Positions 21,740 through 44,745 of a stretch of 64,000 bases of DNA are shown here, piece after piece (the stretch's first letter is position 1; the number at the start of each line of letters is the position of its first letter). The translations under genes were made by a program, and so were the position numbers. The notes below the pieces were generated by a model that was not told the origin of the DNA, ran no database searches, and worked only from the letters and a program-made list of their open reading frames with translations. The DNA is taken from the NCBI RefSeq assembly GCF_009914755.1, contig NC_060926.1. One strand, given 5' to 3'. This DNA comes from the human T2T-CHM13v2.0 reference genome, Homo sapiens.

Positions 21740-22995
21740 AGCTATTACAAAAAGGAGGAAGATACCCTCTTGCCATAAAAAACTAGAAAACTGGACAAAG
21801 CATGAAAAAACTATTTTCAGACTTTGGACAGCAGGTAATGCAAAGCTAGGTTCTCTCTAGTAAGGCACTGAGGTGCTTTCCAGAATGAGGTACAGAAAAA
21901 TGGGTAGCCCAAGTCTTGCTGAACTTGAGGAGACAAAGCTGGAGTTCATGGATGCTAAACTGACACATTCAGAAAAGAATACCAAAGAAAAGGGAGCTAC
22001 ACTAACAAAGGGCTCCAAAAATCTGCCTTTAAGATTTTGGCTTTGGCTTCACACAGGCATGAATGTAGTGGCTCATGCCTGTAATCCCAGGACTTTGGGA
22101 AGCTAAAACGGGAGGAATGCCTGAGGCCAGGTATTCAAGACCAGCCTGGGCAATATGGTGGAAGCCTGTCTTGAAAACAAAGCAAAACAAAAAACCAAGA
22201 AAATTTTGGCTAAACACTAAATTGTGCATGTATAACCTAAAACTCCACAAGGCTAAGCAAAGATCAAATACAAGAAAGCTGTAAGCTAAACAATTCTCAG
22301 AGCTCACAATGTAAAGAGAGAAATTTGAGTTCTGACAAGTAGAGTGGAGTAGACTTAATGAACATCCAGAACATACAGCAGAGACCGCAGAAGAGTCATG
22401 TGTTAGAAGGAGGACTAAATCAGCAGCTGAGTAAAAGCTATTCAAGAACCCCACCCCCAACAAAACAAGTCTTGAAAGGATCATGCTGATTGCAAGTAAC
22501 TTGACAACCTGCCAAAACAAAGTTTGTCACTCTAAAAGGACAAGGTCCAGACACTCCAAAATATAATCATTACAATGTCCAGCATAAAATAAAAAAATTA
22601 ATAGACACAAAAGATCAGGAAAATGTGATCTATAACCAGGAAAGAAAATGGAAACAGTCAACAGAAACAGACCCAGAAATGAAAAAGATCATGGAAATAA
22701 CAGACAAGGACTTTCTACTAAAGGATTTAAAGAAAGACATGAACGTTAAGTAGGAAGAAATGTAAATTATGTTTTGAAAAACTCAAATGGGACTTCTGAA
22801 GCTGCAAAATACAACTATTTGAAATGAAAAATTCACCGCAGGAGCTTAACAATGGATTAGAAACTGTATAGCAAACGATTAGTGAACTTGAAGACATTAC
22901 AATAAAAACAGTCCAAAGAAGCATGGAGAAGAGGGGAGAAAAAGCTGAAATGAATGAACAGAGACTAAATGATCTATGGGGCAATATTAAACACA
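21740..22995 (+). mobile_element. Old L1M 5' UTR/ORF1 remnant (with an Alu monomer at ~22060-22200)
   Basis: A-rich degenerate L1 ORF1-like text (gaaatgaaaaattcaccgcaggagcttaac...attagtgaacttgaagaca). Confidence 0.65.
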
Positions 22996-25140
<2,145 letters not shown>

Positions 25141-25333
25141 CCCAGTATTATTTATTTCTTATTTTTTTTATTTTTTTGAAGGCAGTCTCCCTCTGTCACC
25201 CAGGCTGAGGTGCAATGCTATGATCATAGCTCACTGCAGCCTTTAACTTGTGAGCTCAAAAAATCCTTCTCAGTCTCTCAAGTAGTTGGAACTACAGATG
25301 TGCACTACCACACCCAGCTAACTTAAAAAAAAA

Positions 25334-25807
25334 TGTTCTCATTGTTCAATTCCCACCTGTGAGTGAGAACATGCGGTGTTTGGTTTTTTGTCCTTGCGAG
25401 AGTTTGCTGAGAATGATGGTTTCCAACTTCATCCATGTCCCTACAAAGGACATGAACTCATCATCATTTTTTATGGCTGCATAGTATTCCATGGTGTATA
25501 TGTGCCACATTTTCTTAATCCAGTCTATCATTGTTGGACATTTGGGTTGGTTCCAAGTCTTTGCTATTGTGAATAGTGCTGTAATAAACATACGTTTGCA
25601 TGTGTCTTTATAGCAGCATGATTTATAATCCTTTGGATATATACCCAGTAATGGGATAGCTGGGTCAAATGGTATTTCTAGTTCTAGATCTCTGAGGAAT
25701 CGCCACACTGACTTCCACGATGGTTGAACTAGTCTACAGTCCCACCAACAGTGTAAAAGTGTTCCTATTTCTCCACATCCTCTCCAGCACCTGTTGTTTC
25801 TTGACTT

Positions 25808-25808
<1 letters not shown>
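25334..25808 (-). mobile_element. L1PA (about L1PA4) inverted segment encoding the ORF2p C-terminus
   Basis: ORF 25346..25816 = CWRGCGEIGTLLHCWWDC...KHRMFSLTGGN, the cysteine-rich end of L1 ORF2p. Confidence 0.93.
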
Positions 25809-26436
<628 letters not shown>

Positions 26437-27787
26437 TAGCTAGCAAGGATTTCAGGCACAAGCCACAGCACACCTGGCATATCCAATTTTTCCTACATCT
26501 ACTCCCATCTGATCCTTCTCCATTAATATGTTAATGTAGTGAGTTACACTGTTACATCATCCTCAAAGTCCTAGACTATATACTCTCTCAGCTCCACTCT
26601 ATGGTATAACTATTCCCTTTTATTGGTATATAACTCTGTCACAGGTCTTCCAATACTTGGTCTTTTTGACTCCCACTTTCTCACTAGGTTCTAAGTTCCT
26701 TGACAAGAGGGACCATATCTTCTTATTCATGTTTTTATTTCTAAAAATTACCATATTTCCTAACACAAATATTGTCTGAATAAATAAAAATAAGAATAAA
26801 CAAAGACTAAGCATAGTGTTTTTTAAACCATTGCTTTCTATCGAAAGTTACGAGCTGACAACCTCCAAGCTAACAACTCAGCTGGCAGCCTGGAATAGGT
26901 ACTTTCATTAAGCTGTGTCTCAAAAATCAGTTGACTAATAGAGTCCTAAACTACAATTTGAGATCTGCAGAACAAGGAAGACTATTAGTAAGGTAAGCTA
27001 AATCTGACCTGTGACTGATTTATGCTTATTGCAAGAAAATAGTGAAAAACTCAGAATAGCCCAAGGCAAATGAGAGTTTAAATGGAAAAGTGAGTCTCTC
27101 AAATAAAAGCATCTACTAGAACTAGTTACTTATAAAAACAAGGAGACTATATTGTAGAAGTCAGATCACGTGTCATGGCAAACAAAGACAAACAGCAGCA
27201 TGATCAAGAAGTCATAGTAAAACTGAAGGAAAAACCCTGTTTTATTTAGGCAATCCATTCTGGTATTTTTTTTTTCTTTTTTCTTGTCTGGTATCTTTTT
27301 TAGTCAGTAAGTTAAACAAATACTCACTGAGTACCTACTGTACTGGCCACATTACTTAATGCACAAAAGCTTGGGCTAGTCAAGCTATCATTGTGGAGAA
27401 AAGTATATTTGTAATTGGGAGAACAGAGTAAGAACAACACCAGTAACAAAAATTTTAGGTATATTTACAGTTACATAAATTTCATTTGCAAACATTTTCA
27501 GTAAATACCTTTCCTCTCTACCCTTCTTCTACCTTTTATTTCTATTTTCTTTATTCTACATTTGAATCCCTTACATACCTCTCATCTATGACTGTCTCCT
27601 ATTCACACACTGACCACATTTAGACCTAGAAACACTTTAGAGATACCTGGTTTCACCATAAATCAGAAAGCCAAAGTTCAAACTAGTAATCTGCCTAGGA
27701 TCCTAGAGCTCTTTTACTCTTTTAGTTTTTCCTTTTATAGGATCATTCAAGAAAACAAAGAAAAGTCTGACTTAAAAAAAAAGGTTG

Positions 27788-28721
<934 letters not shown>

Positions 28722-29829
28722 TAATTTGGATAATCCAAATGCATAATTTGGATTATATTATACTTTGGATGCATAATATTCTAATGAACATATAGTAATA
28801 TCATTATTTTAATACATTTTATAATGTAAATGCTATCTTTGTCCCTGACAGAGTTGTTGTCAAGTTTGTTTCCTTTAAAGTGATTTTTTTCAAAAAAAGT
28901 GTTAATGCTTCTTCTTAAATTTTGTGTCCAATATTCCTCACATGATATCTTGAAATGTATTCAGTTGTCAGGAAATTCTACAGTCGCTGCATACAGCTCT
29001 TTCAAGAATTAGCAAGTTTTCAGAATTTAGAATTTTGGTTTAATCAAAATCTTTTAAGAATTTTTTGTAAAAAAAATTAATGTTTTATATTAAGTTTTTT
29101 TAGACTTTGCAAAAGACTGCTTTTAACAATTAAAATAATTCTGGGTATAAAAGGAAGGAATTATATAGTTATATACTAATGATATCAGATGTAATTTTAG
29201 AAATCTGAAGAAAAATGAAAAATAAAATTTAAATATTTGAGAGAAAAGTACTTCAACACCTAAAATTAACCTCACAATCAAAAGGGATCTTAAAGATAGG
29301 TGAATGAAAATTTTTTATATCCCTTCACAAAACTGTGCTGCTTTGTGTCTACAAATCTATGAAATAAGTACGTGGGCTGTGAAGGGATTTCTATGCTCTG
29401 ATTTGACTCTAGGAAAGCCAATAGAATAGCGGAGTTCTTGAACAGGCTAATACCTAAGCACCCCAAACCTCTATCTGTAACTTCTGTTCTACATTGTACC
29501 TACTCAAGAGTTATTTTAGTATGAAAACAGAACTGAAAAGTTCCTATTTCTTTATAATCATCAGATATTATATCATTATCTATTACTATAAACTATCTGT
29601 ACTTAGAGCCCAGGATAACCATTAAGCACTCTCGGCATGGATCTAGAAAGCAATAAACTTCCCATTATAAGGCTTGAGTTTCCCATTTGATGCATGCCCA
29701 GTTTGAGTAAGGGCCATACTGACACATGTTAGGATCACGGAAAACAGGCCTTTTCACCCTAAGGATGTGATCTCTTTAGGTGAGAGGGACTGCCCTCAGG
29801 TGAAACTACCAGAAAAGTCCTAAGCTCCT

Positions 29830-30743
29830 GGGCTGGCAACGATGGCTTACGCCTGTAATCCCAGCACTTTGGAAGGCCAAAGCAAGAGGATTGTGTAAGC
29901 CCAGGAGTTCAAGACTACCCTGGGCAACACAGTGAAACCTCATCTCCACAAAAAAATTTAAAAATGAGGCAGGAAGATTGCTTGAGCCCAGGAGTTTGAG
30001 GCTGCAGTGGACTGTGATTATACCATCGCACTCCCACCTGGGTGACAGAGCAAGACCCTGCCTAACAAAAAAAAAAAGAAAGAAAGAAAAGTCCTAAGCT
30101 CCACCTCCATGAAAAATGGTTGACTCTTTAAGGGTAATTTATAGAAAATTATGCAAATCAAGAGAATTAGTAGCTTCGGAAAAATAATACCTGGCTTTGC
30201 AGTAAATATTATATAGTTATAATAATGTAAATACTGATGACTGATTTAACTAAACCTGTGTTAACTATATTAGAAAGATAGGGTAAGAAGAAATACAGGA
30301 GCATAAAAAAGATAAAATCTTATCTACCACTATCAGGAAGTCATAGACAATGTCTAAAAGGAATAAATCAAGAAATACCAGAATAGACACATTATCCCTA
30401 TATATGGGCTAAATAACAGAAGAAATTGCTTTTAAAAAAGTTTAAAAAGCTGTCACTCTGGGCCAGGCACAGAGGCTCATGCCTGGGAGGTCAAGGCGGG
30501 TGGATCATGAGGTCAGGAGTTCAAGACCAGCCTGGCCAAGATGGTGAAACCCCGTCTCTACTAAAAATTAAAAAAAAAATTAGCTGGGCGTGGTGGTGGG
30601 TGCCTGTAATCCCAGTTATTCAGGAGGCTGAGGCAGAGAATTGCTTGAGCTGGGAGGCGGAGGTTGCAGTGAGCCGAGATTGCGCCACTGTACTCCAGCC
30701 TGGGCGACAGAATGAGACTCTGTCTCAAAAAAAAAAAAAAAAA
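29830..30743 (+). mobile_element. AluJ 29830-30090 (TSD agaaaagtcctaagctcc) and AluS 30460-30743
   Basis: Alu consensus. Confidence 0.9.
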
Positions 30744-32347
30744 AGTGGCACTCCAGAGAACTGAACTGAGATATGAGGAGAAATACAGCAGAGAATTTTT
30801 GTTTGTCACTGTGAACCTTTTGGTACTAATTAATTTTTTAAGCACGTAAAACATTTTTTAAGGACTTTTTATTGTTTCATGAAACCTATTTCATTTACCT
30901 GAGGGAAAAATATTAATAATTGTGTTGGATTGTTACTTAGCTGAAGCACATTTGATAAAGCTATCTCTGCATAGAATTCGATGTCAGGAATTCAGAGTCA
31001 TAAGACATTTGTGAGACTAAGCATAAACCATAAGAAAAGAAAACAGTATTAAAAATTTCTTCTATAAAAAGAATGCATCCTATATAAAGACAGAAAAAAC
31101 ACTCATTCCTGTGTGTGTGTGTTTTTATCAGCTTCCTCAGGTTGAATCCTGTATTCTATTACTTTTAATATAATAAAAATCACAATACAGTAATTTAAAC
31201 AAACAGTATGGTATGACTCCAGAATGCTCTAAAAAGAAATGTAGTCTATTAAGTATGACTCACAGAATTCTCTAAAGAGAAAATGTAGTCTATTAAATAT
31301 TCCAAATATTCTGCCTTTCATTTTAATACTTAAAATGCAAAACAAAAATTAATTCAGAATAATCACAATTAATAAAGTTTTTATCAGGCTCTTTTTGAAA
31401 GCATACTATACCATTTTTTTCTAAAGAATGTATCTTTGGAAAGGCCGTTTTCTAAAATAAAAGATGAGCTACTGAACAATATACATGTGACATGTCAAAC
31501 GTGAGCAAGTACCTTTCCAATCACACACAGCTATTTCCAAGGCAACACAATTTCAAGTCAACCATCTTCTTTATAAGATGAAAACTAAAAAAATGCTTTA
31601 GTGACAAATAGCCTAGCAATATGGCTCAAATCTGTCCAACCAGGAGTTAAATGCAACATGGCAGTAAAAGAGGGCCTCAAGCAATTTCACATTTATAAAT
31701 GATCTACTTATGACAAGTTGCATTAATTTCAATTAAAATAATAAACGGACAGTAGTATTATCAACCACTGTATATAAAAATTTGTAAATCAGGAAAAAAG
31801 ATGAAGTTAAAGTTAGCAATTTTGCAACGCTAATACTCTGAGATTTGGTCCTTGTATGATCAAGGATTATATCTTTACTTATTCATTAACTAATATATAT
31901 AAGAAACAGAAATCTGATAGCTTTAATGGCTCTATGCTCTTCTCCTCCAGAATGTAAACCTGTTGTATGTCCTCTTGGACCATCTGTTCTGTGTTGGTGC
32001 TTAACTGATGGTGGTTTTTGATCATGGCACTGTAACTTAAAACTATGGTTGTAGTGTGGTCTTTTAATAAATTTTTGAGATAATTTATAAAATAACATAA
32101 CTATGTAATATTTGCATGTCACTATGATACATCTGAAATAACTAATTTATGTATCTAACTTTAAATGTGCATAAACCAGAATGTTTGCTTTATGAAAAAT
32201 AATTAACTGGGTAAACAGCACCACCATTAAGGGTTATCCAAGTATCCAAGTAGTAAGGTATTTCAGGAAAATTAATGGCTTTTTTATTTTGCAGCACTGG
32301 TCTGAGGGTACATAGAAAATTAGTGGTTTTAAGGGAAAAAATGTATT

Positions 32348-32650
32348 GGCTAGGGGAGGTGGCTCATACCCATAATCCCAGCACTTTGGGAGGCTGAGGC
32401 CAGAGAATTGCTTCAGGCCAGGAGTTTGAGACCAGCCTGTACAACACAGCAAGACTCCTTGTCTACAAAAAAACAAAATTTTAATTAGCTGGGGACAGTG
32501 GTGTGTGCCTGCAGTCCTAGCTACGCAGGAGGCTAAGACAGGAGGATCACTTGAGGCCAGGAGTCAGAAGCTTCAGTGAACTATGATCTCACCACTGCAT
32601 TCCAGCCTGGATGACAGAGAAAGACTCTGTCTCCAAAAAAAAAAAAAATA
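32348..32650 (+). mobile_element. AluJ with a (TA)/(TG) microsatellite tail to ~32736
   Basis: Alu consensus. Confidence 0.9.
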
Positions 32651-32695
32651 TATATATATATATATACATATGTGTGTGTATGTATGTGTGTGTGT

Positions 32696-32739
<44 letters not shown>

Positions 32740-33242
32740 CTTCAACTTAATTTCTCCCCCCCATAAATTCAAATTCAATTACTTTGCATGACAGCCAACA
32801 ATAAATCTAATATTAATATAAGCTTTTACCTATCTACAGAATATTTTCACATATATTAACTATCTTGAACTTCACATTGACTGAACAGTCATTCTTGGAG
32901 AGGTACATGACATATAATTACCATACAGAGATTACAGACACAGCCTTTCATGTTTTTGTTCTCATAATTTTGGACACATTAAGTTACCTTTTCGAAAGTT
33001 GGAAAATCTATGACATTTTCTAGTTAGCCCAAGATTAAGCTAGCAGTAGGGCATGATATTCACTGATTTAACAAACAGAAGTAATGCTTTAATTTAAAAA
33101 CTGCAAATGGACACAAAAATAATTAAAATCCAGTACTATACATATACTTTACTTTGGTTTCATCTAAACTTAATAAAATGGCTGAACCCACCCTTTATTT
33201 CTTTTAGAATAAGTCAACTTAGCCCTTCAAATATTAAGTTAG

Positions 33243-34901
<1,659 letters not shown>

Positions 34902-35937
34902 TATTAGGCAAATCAATTCCTGTTCTTGGTATAGAGACCTGGGGACTTAATATTATGCTAATCTAGAACATTCACTTACATGGTTGCCAACCTCATGACC
35001 AGTAACTGAAACAAAAGAAGATTGTTTAATAGATTCAATGGACAGCACTGATCTGTGATGGAACATTTTACCCATTGTCACTAAGCCTTAAGATTGGGTC
35101 ACAGAAGTTGGTTTTAATTTGTTTTAATCAGTATTCTGGAGTAGTAATTGCTCCAGATCTACTTAGGCCTAGAGACTCAAGAAATTCCAAAGTGGGCTGA
35201 TATACAGTCACGTATTTCCCTTGACCAGTGACAGACTTATCTACTATGGCTTTCACTCCCATACTATCAATTCAGTATAGTAAGGCTTCTTAATCTGTAC
35301 TCCCCTCCTAAGGTAATTTAAATAGTTCACTTGATTAATTATGGGTGACAAGTATCACTTTCTCTTTTGAGATGAAAGCCCTTTAAAATGAGAGAAAAAT
35401 CCCAAAGAACAATGTCTTCTAATTAATGAATTAAATTTAGTCATAGAAACTTACCTTAAGTAAGCAGTTTTTAAATTTGGTAAGAAAATCTTTTTTCCAA
35501 TCATCAATTTCTCTAATTTTTTAAAAAGTCCCCACACAGGACAACTCTAAGTATATAAATTTCTATTAGTGAGAGTAGAATAAGATTACCACAATATCGG
35601 TTTAATTTGTCTTTTTCAGTGTACCAGAAAAGTGCTCCAAAAGGCTCAATGCTAACTCCATTATAAACCCACCAATTAAAGGCAAAATAATAGATACCTA
35701 TTACAAAAGCACTAAGACAAACAAAAATTAAATTAGAAATATAATAAAAAGTAAAATAGAAGACAAAAAATAGCCACACATACATTTGAGATGCAATGAA
35801 CCAAGTTAGAGGAAAGATACACATACAGAAAGGTAAGGAATTATTAATAGTCAAGTTAACAAAACTTTCAGTCATGGTCTACAAATGGTCCATGAGAAAG
35901 AAACTGTTTTGGGGACCTCCAATTTAGCAAAATAGTT

Positions 35938-39225
<3,288 letters not shown>

Positions 39226-39504
39226 TAATTCAAAATACTAACTTCTACCTCTAGTGTTAAATCAAGAGATCATAGTTTCATTAAAAAAATAAGGAAGAAA
39301 GTTCCTTCTCCACTTTACGTATCTTCATTTTATTCTATTTTATCCACCCATTAGTACTGTCTAATCTTGGTCCTAATCACTATTCAGAATTGCAACCTCC
39401 AAAATCTCAAATTCTGAAAATCTACTCTGACCTTGACCTCCTATCTTTTCACCCTCTCTCATGCCCTCACTTCTAACCTACTCTTCCTTCATTCTTATTA
39501 CAAC

Positions 39505-40052
39505 TCTCAGAGGCGTTTGAACCAGAGCAACTCCATCTCGAATAGGGGCTAGGTAAAATAAAGCTATGACTTGCTGAGCTTCATTCCCGGACAGTTAGGC
39601 ATTCTAAGTCACAGGTTGAGATAAGAGGTTGGCACAAGATACAGGTCATAAAGACCACGCTGACAAAACAGGTTGCAGTAAAGAAACTCACCAGAGCCCA
39701 CCAAAACCAAGATGCTGACAAGAGTGTCCTCTGGTTGTCCTCACTGCTACACTCCTACCAGTGCCATGACAGTTTACAAATGCCATGGCAATGGCAGGAA
39801 GTTACCCTATATGGTCTAAAAAGGGGAGGCATGAATAATCTACCCCTTGTTTGGCATATCATCAAGAAATAACCACAAAAATGGGCAATCAGCAGCCCTC
39901 ATGGCTGCTCTGCCTGTGGAGTAGTCATACTTATATTCCTCTACTTTCTTAATAAACTTGCTTTCACTTTATAGACTTGCCCTAAATTCTTTCTTGCCCA
40001 AGATCCAAGAACCCTCTCTTGGGGTCTGGATTGGGACCCCTTTCCAGTAACA
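39505..40052 (+). mobile_element. MER41A solo LTR (ERV1)
   Basis: Starts t(c)tcagaggcgtttgaaccagagcaactccatc and ends gacccctttccagtaaca; AATAAA at 39951; 4-bp TSD caac; lacks the MER41B GAS-motif block. Confidence 0.88.
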
Positions 40053-40909
40053 CAACCTTTACTCTGTAAGTTCCTCCTGATACTTGCTTTCTTCCTCACT
40101 TTAATGCTCACACATTATTATTCAACTATTCAGCTAAGAATCTGTAGTATGTTTTTTCTCTCATCCCACGTCTGTTTATTCAGAATTTCCAATTCTGAAT
40201 AAATTCTACAGGTATTTTCGTCAGTTTCTGAGCAGCTAAGCATTACTGGTTACTCAACCATGCTATGCTCACTGGCTCAACTACAAATGTGTGGTTTCCA
40301 AATCTCAAATAAGCCATCAACCCTGCATGACAATACTTGTATTCATCTTTAACTGACACTCTTTGTGATTTCCTCTTAGCAGCCTTGTAAAATGTTTCCA
40401 CTTTTCTCAAACTTCCTAATTCCTCCACCGTTATTTACATCTTCATGCCTCTTTTTCATGCTATTTTCTTTGCTTAAAATGTCCTTCCTTCCACTCTCCC
40501 ACTACTTATGACTCCTGTTCACTCTGATTTCTCCTACGGAGCTCTCATGTCCAGCTCAAACATCATCTCCTCCAAGAAGCCTTTCCTCCATGTAAATCAT
40601 CACTTCCCTTTCTGTGCGAACACTGTCTCAAGAACATAATTCCTTATCATGGCACAGATACCACATTGCAATTTGTTTACATGCACCTCCCCCTTATTGT
40701 GGGCAAAGCATCCTATTCCTAGCATCTAACAGTTTATTACACAGTAAGTACTTAGAAACTATTCCCATATTAATTGATCTTTGAATGAACTAGCCCTTCA
40801 TCCCTCTCACTGAGTATTACATTTAGATCCTGATGAGAGAGCTCTGCCCTGAGTCCAACTCCGGCCCTCCTCGGCCCACATGCTTCCACTGGGAGAGGAG
40901 TCCATGTAA

Positions 40910-41314
<405 letters not shown>

Positions 41315-43566
41315 TGAAGGCCCACACAGGCCTCTTTCCTAGGTCTGTCCTTAGAAAAGACTGTGCTACACTTGTGTACACCCTTGGGCCAAGGAGTACT
41401 TGTTTGGGGATGGGAGTACAAGAGCTTAGACCTTGTGCGTGCATGCAAGGTGTTCACAGCATGTACAGGAGACCTCTTTGTGGTGCTAGAAAGAGCCAGA
41501 GATGACGGGAGGAGGTTGGGCTTAACCACACTCTGCTGCAAAACTGTGAATTTATGAATTCTAAATTCCACAGATTTTAAATTTGAAACTTTCAAGTCAT
41601 TATGAAGGTATATTTATCAAGAGAAAAGACTAGAATATAGATAATGATTTGTTGGCCTGGTTTATAAGCTTTAAATATTTAGGCCTATTGTGGTAAATGG
41701 ATGCTTATCCTGGATCTTACAAATGTTAGGGGCAGATCTCCTCTCACTCAGAGTGAAGTTGATGGGTTTTATCCACCTATTTTTATTAATTATTAAAGTA
41801 GGCCAGGCACACTGGCTCACGCCTCTAATCTCTGCACTTTGGGAGGCTGAGGTGGTGGATAGCTTGAACCCAGGAGATTGGAACCAGAATGGGCAACACA
41901 GCAAAACTCTGCCTTTACAAAAAACAAAAAACAAAAAAAAGAAAAGAAAAATTAGCTGGGCATGGTAGTAGTCCTAGCTACTCAGGAGGCTGAGGTGAGA
42001 GGATCGTTTGAGCCCAGGAGGCAGAGGTTGCAGTGAACCAAGATCTCGCCACTGCATTCCAGTCTCGGCAAGAGAGAGAGGCCTTGTCTCAAAAAAAAAA
42101 AAAAATTATTAAACTAGTAAAATAGATCTAAGAAGGCATAAAAATAGAATCAGGAATAAAGAGAACATTTAAAGTAATTTTCCAGTTTCAATAACTAGCT
42201 AAATATTAAATGATTGATTCAGGATTTAAACTTTCAAGCCCATGTTTTTGTTTTTGCCCTCCCACCACTCTGACTCTCCAAAAGCAGCCAGTTTACTAAT
42301 TAATAAATTAAGTATTATACAGATGTCCCAGTACCAAGTATAATCTCAAATACTATTTCTGAATATTGAAAACTTAATGCCTAGAATGGTATCAAACTGT
42401 TTCATGGATCCTAAAAGAAAGTCAGCTGGTGTCCTTTTGAAAGAACTGGTCTTCCTTTCCATTTATCCTGTGAGAACTAGTCTCCCATAATATATATTAA
42501 GAGAAAATTTTCAGTTAAAAAATTTAAAAATACTCTCAGGTATAACAACTAGTTCACCTGTTCTTCTCTAGGTTCTCATCATTTCTGTAGTTTAACTACA
42601 TATGAATCATATTGAGAATGAGGCAATCACAATGGACTTTTCTTGAAGACAGTCCAATACAAAGCTGTGGACAAAAAAATCTCAACATGGCCCAGGCACG
42701 GTGGCTCATGCCTGTAATCCCAGCATGAGATTTTGGGAGGCTCAGGTGGACAGATCACTTGAGGTCAGGAGTTCGAAACCAGCCTGGCCAAAATGGTGAA
42801 ATCCCGTCTCTACTAAAAACACAAAACTTCACCAGGCACGGTGGTGGGCACCTTGTAATCCCAACTACTCAGGAGGCTGAGACAGGAGAATTGGTTGAAC
42901 CTGGGAGAAGGAGGTTGCAGTGAGCCGAGATCACGCCACTGTACTCCAGCCTAGACGACAGAGTAAGACTCCGTCTCAAAAAAAAAAAAAAAAAAAAAAA
43001 AACTCAACATATTGGACAGGAAAGTTATTGGAAACCAAACTGAAAGCACTGTATATTCTAATACTATAAAAAACCATGGACCATGAAATCTTGCTCCTAT
43101 CACCTTGCCTCAAAGGAGATATAACATCGGTGGGAAAAATATCCAATAAAGGTAATTAAAACAAATACGGGGAAAGAGAGAGAACAAACAAAAAGGAGAA
43201 ACAGAAGACAAACTAAAAAATAAACTAAATTCTACAGTACTAAAACTAGAAGGTATTCTCAAAATTTTGAAAATTAATAAAATTGCAGCTATCTTCACTT
43301 ATTCCTTCAACATTTACTTACAACTTACGACATGCCAACTTCTATGCTAGGTGCTAGTGATACATGCTAAGTACTAGGTTAGGTGCTAGTAATATGTGAG
43401 ACAAAACATCTAGCCCCTAAACAGTAATACTGCAAAGCAATAGCTACGCAGGTGAAGGTACTTCCGAATCATAAGGAAGAAAACAACTCTGCCTGGGGAC
43501 TTCACAAGGTATTAAAGGAAGAGCAGGAATTGGTTAGTCAAAGAAAAGGGGAAGGATAGTCTAGAG

Positions 43567-43895
43567 CAGGAGTCTCTAACCCCTGGGCCATGGATTGGGT
43601 CCATGGCTTGTTAGGAAAGCCACACAGCAGATCAGTGGTGGGCGGGCAAGCATTACTGCCTGAGCTCTGCCTCCTGTCAGATCAACAACAGCATTAGATT
43701 CTCACAGGACCACAAACCCTATTGTGAACTGTAGATGCGAGGGATCTAGGTTGCACTCTCCTCATAAGAATCTAATGGCTGATGATCTGAGGTAGAACAG
43801 TTTCATCCTGAAACCATCTCCCCTCAGCCTTGCTCCATGTAAAAATCGTCTTCCATGAAACCAGTCCTTGCTGCCAAAAAGGTTGGGGACCGCTG
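43567..43895 (+). mobile_element. MER1B
   Basis: Same internal motifs as the 36.7-kb copy; ends aaaaaggttggggaccgctg. Confidence 0.85.
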
Positions 43896-44238
43896 GTCTT
43901 GAAGAAAATAATTCTAATGATAATAATATAAATAAAACAATAAAGAGCTAACATTTATTGGACACTTTCTATATGTTAAGCATTGTACATACATTATTCT
44001 ATTTGATTCTCATAACAATCCTGTGACTTTTTATCCCACTTACAAATTAAGTAACTTACTAAAGATCATACAGCTATATAGAGGTGACACTAACAGAGAT
44101 CATACAAAACTAAGCTGTCGGCCAGGCGCAGTGGCTCATGCCTGTAATGCCAGCCACTTTGGGAAGCTGAGGTGGGAGGATCACTTGAACCCAGGAATTC
44201 AAGACCAGCCTGGGCAAAAAAGTGAGACCCGGTCTCTA

Positions 44239-44745
<507 letters not shown>

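Noticed and set aside
35513-35875. 120-aa hydrophobic ORF resembling a membrane protein, just upstream of the candidate alternative exon
   Set aside because: Hydrophobicity follows from the T-rich strand (Phe/Ile/Tyr/Val codons); no recognisable family, and it stops before the candidate ATG in a different frame.
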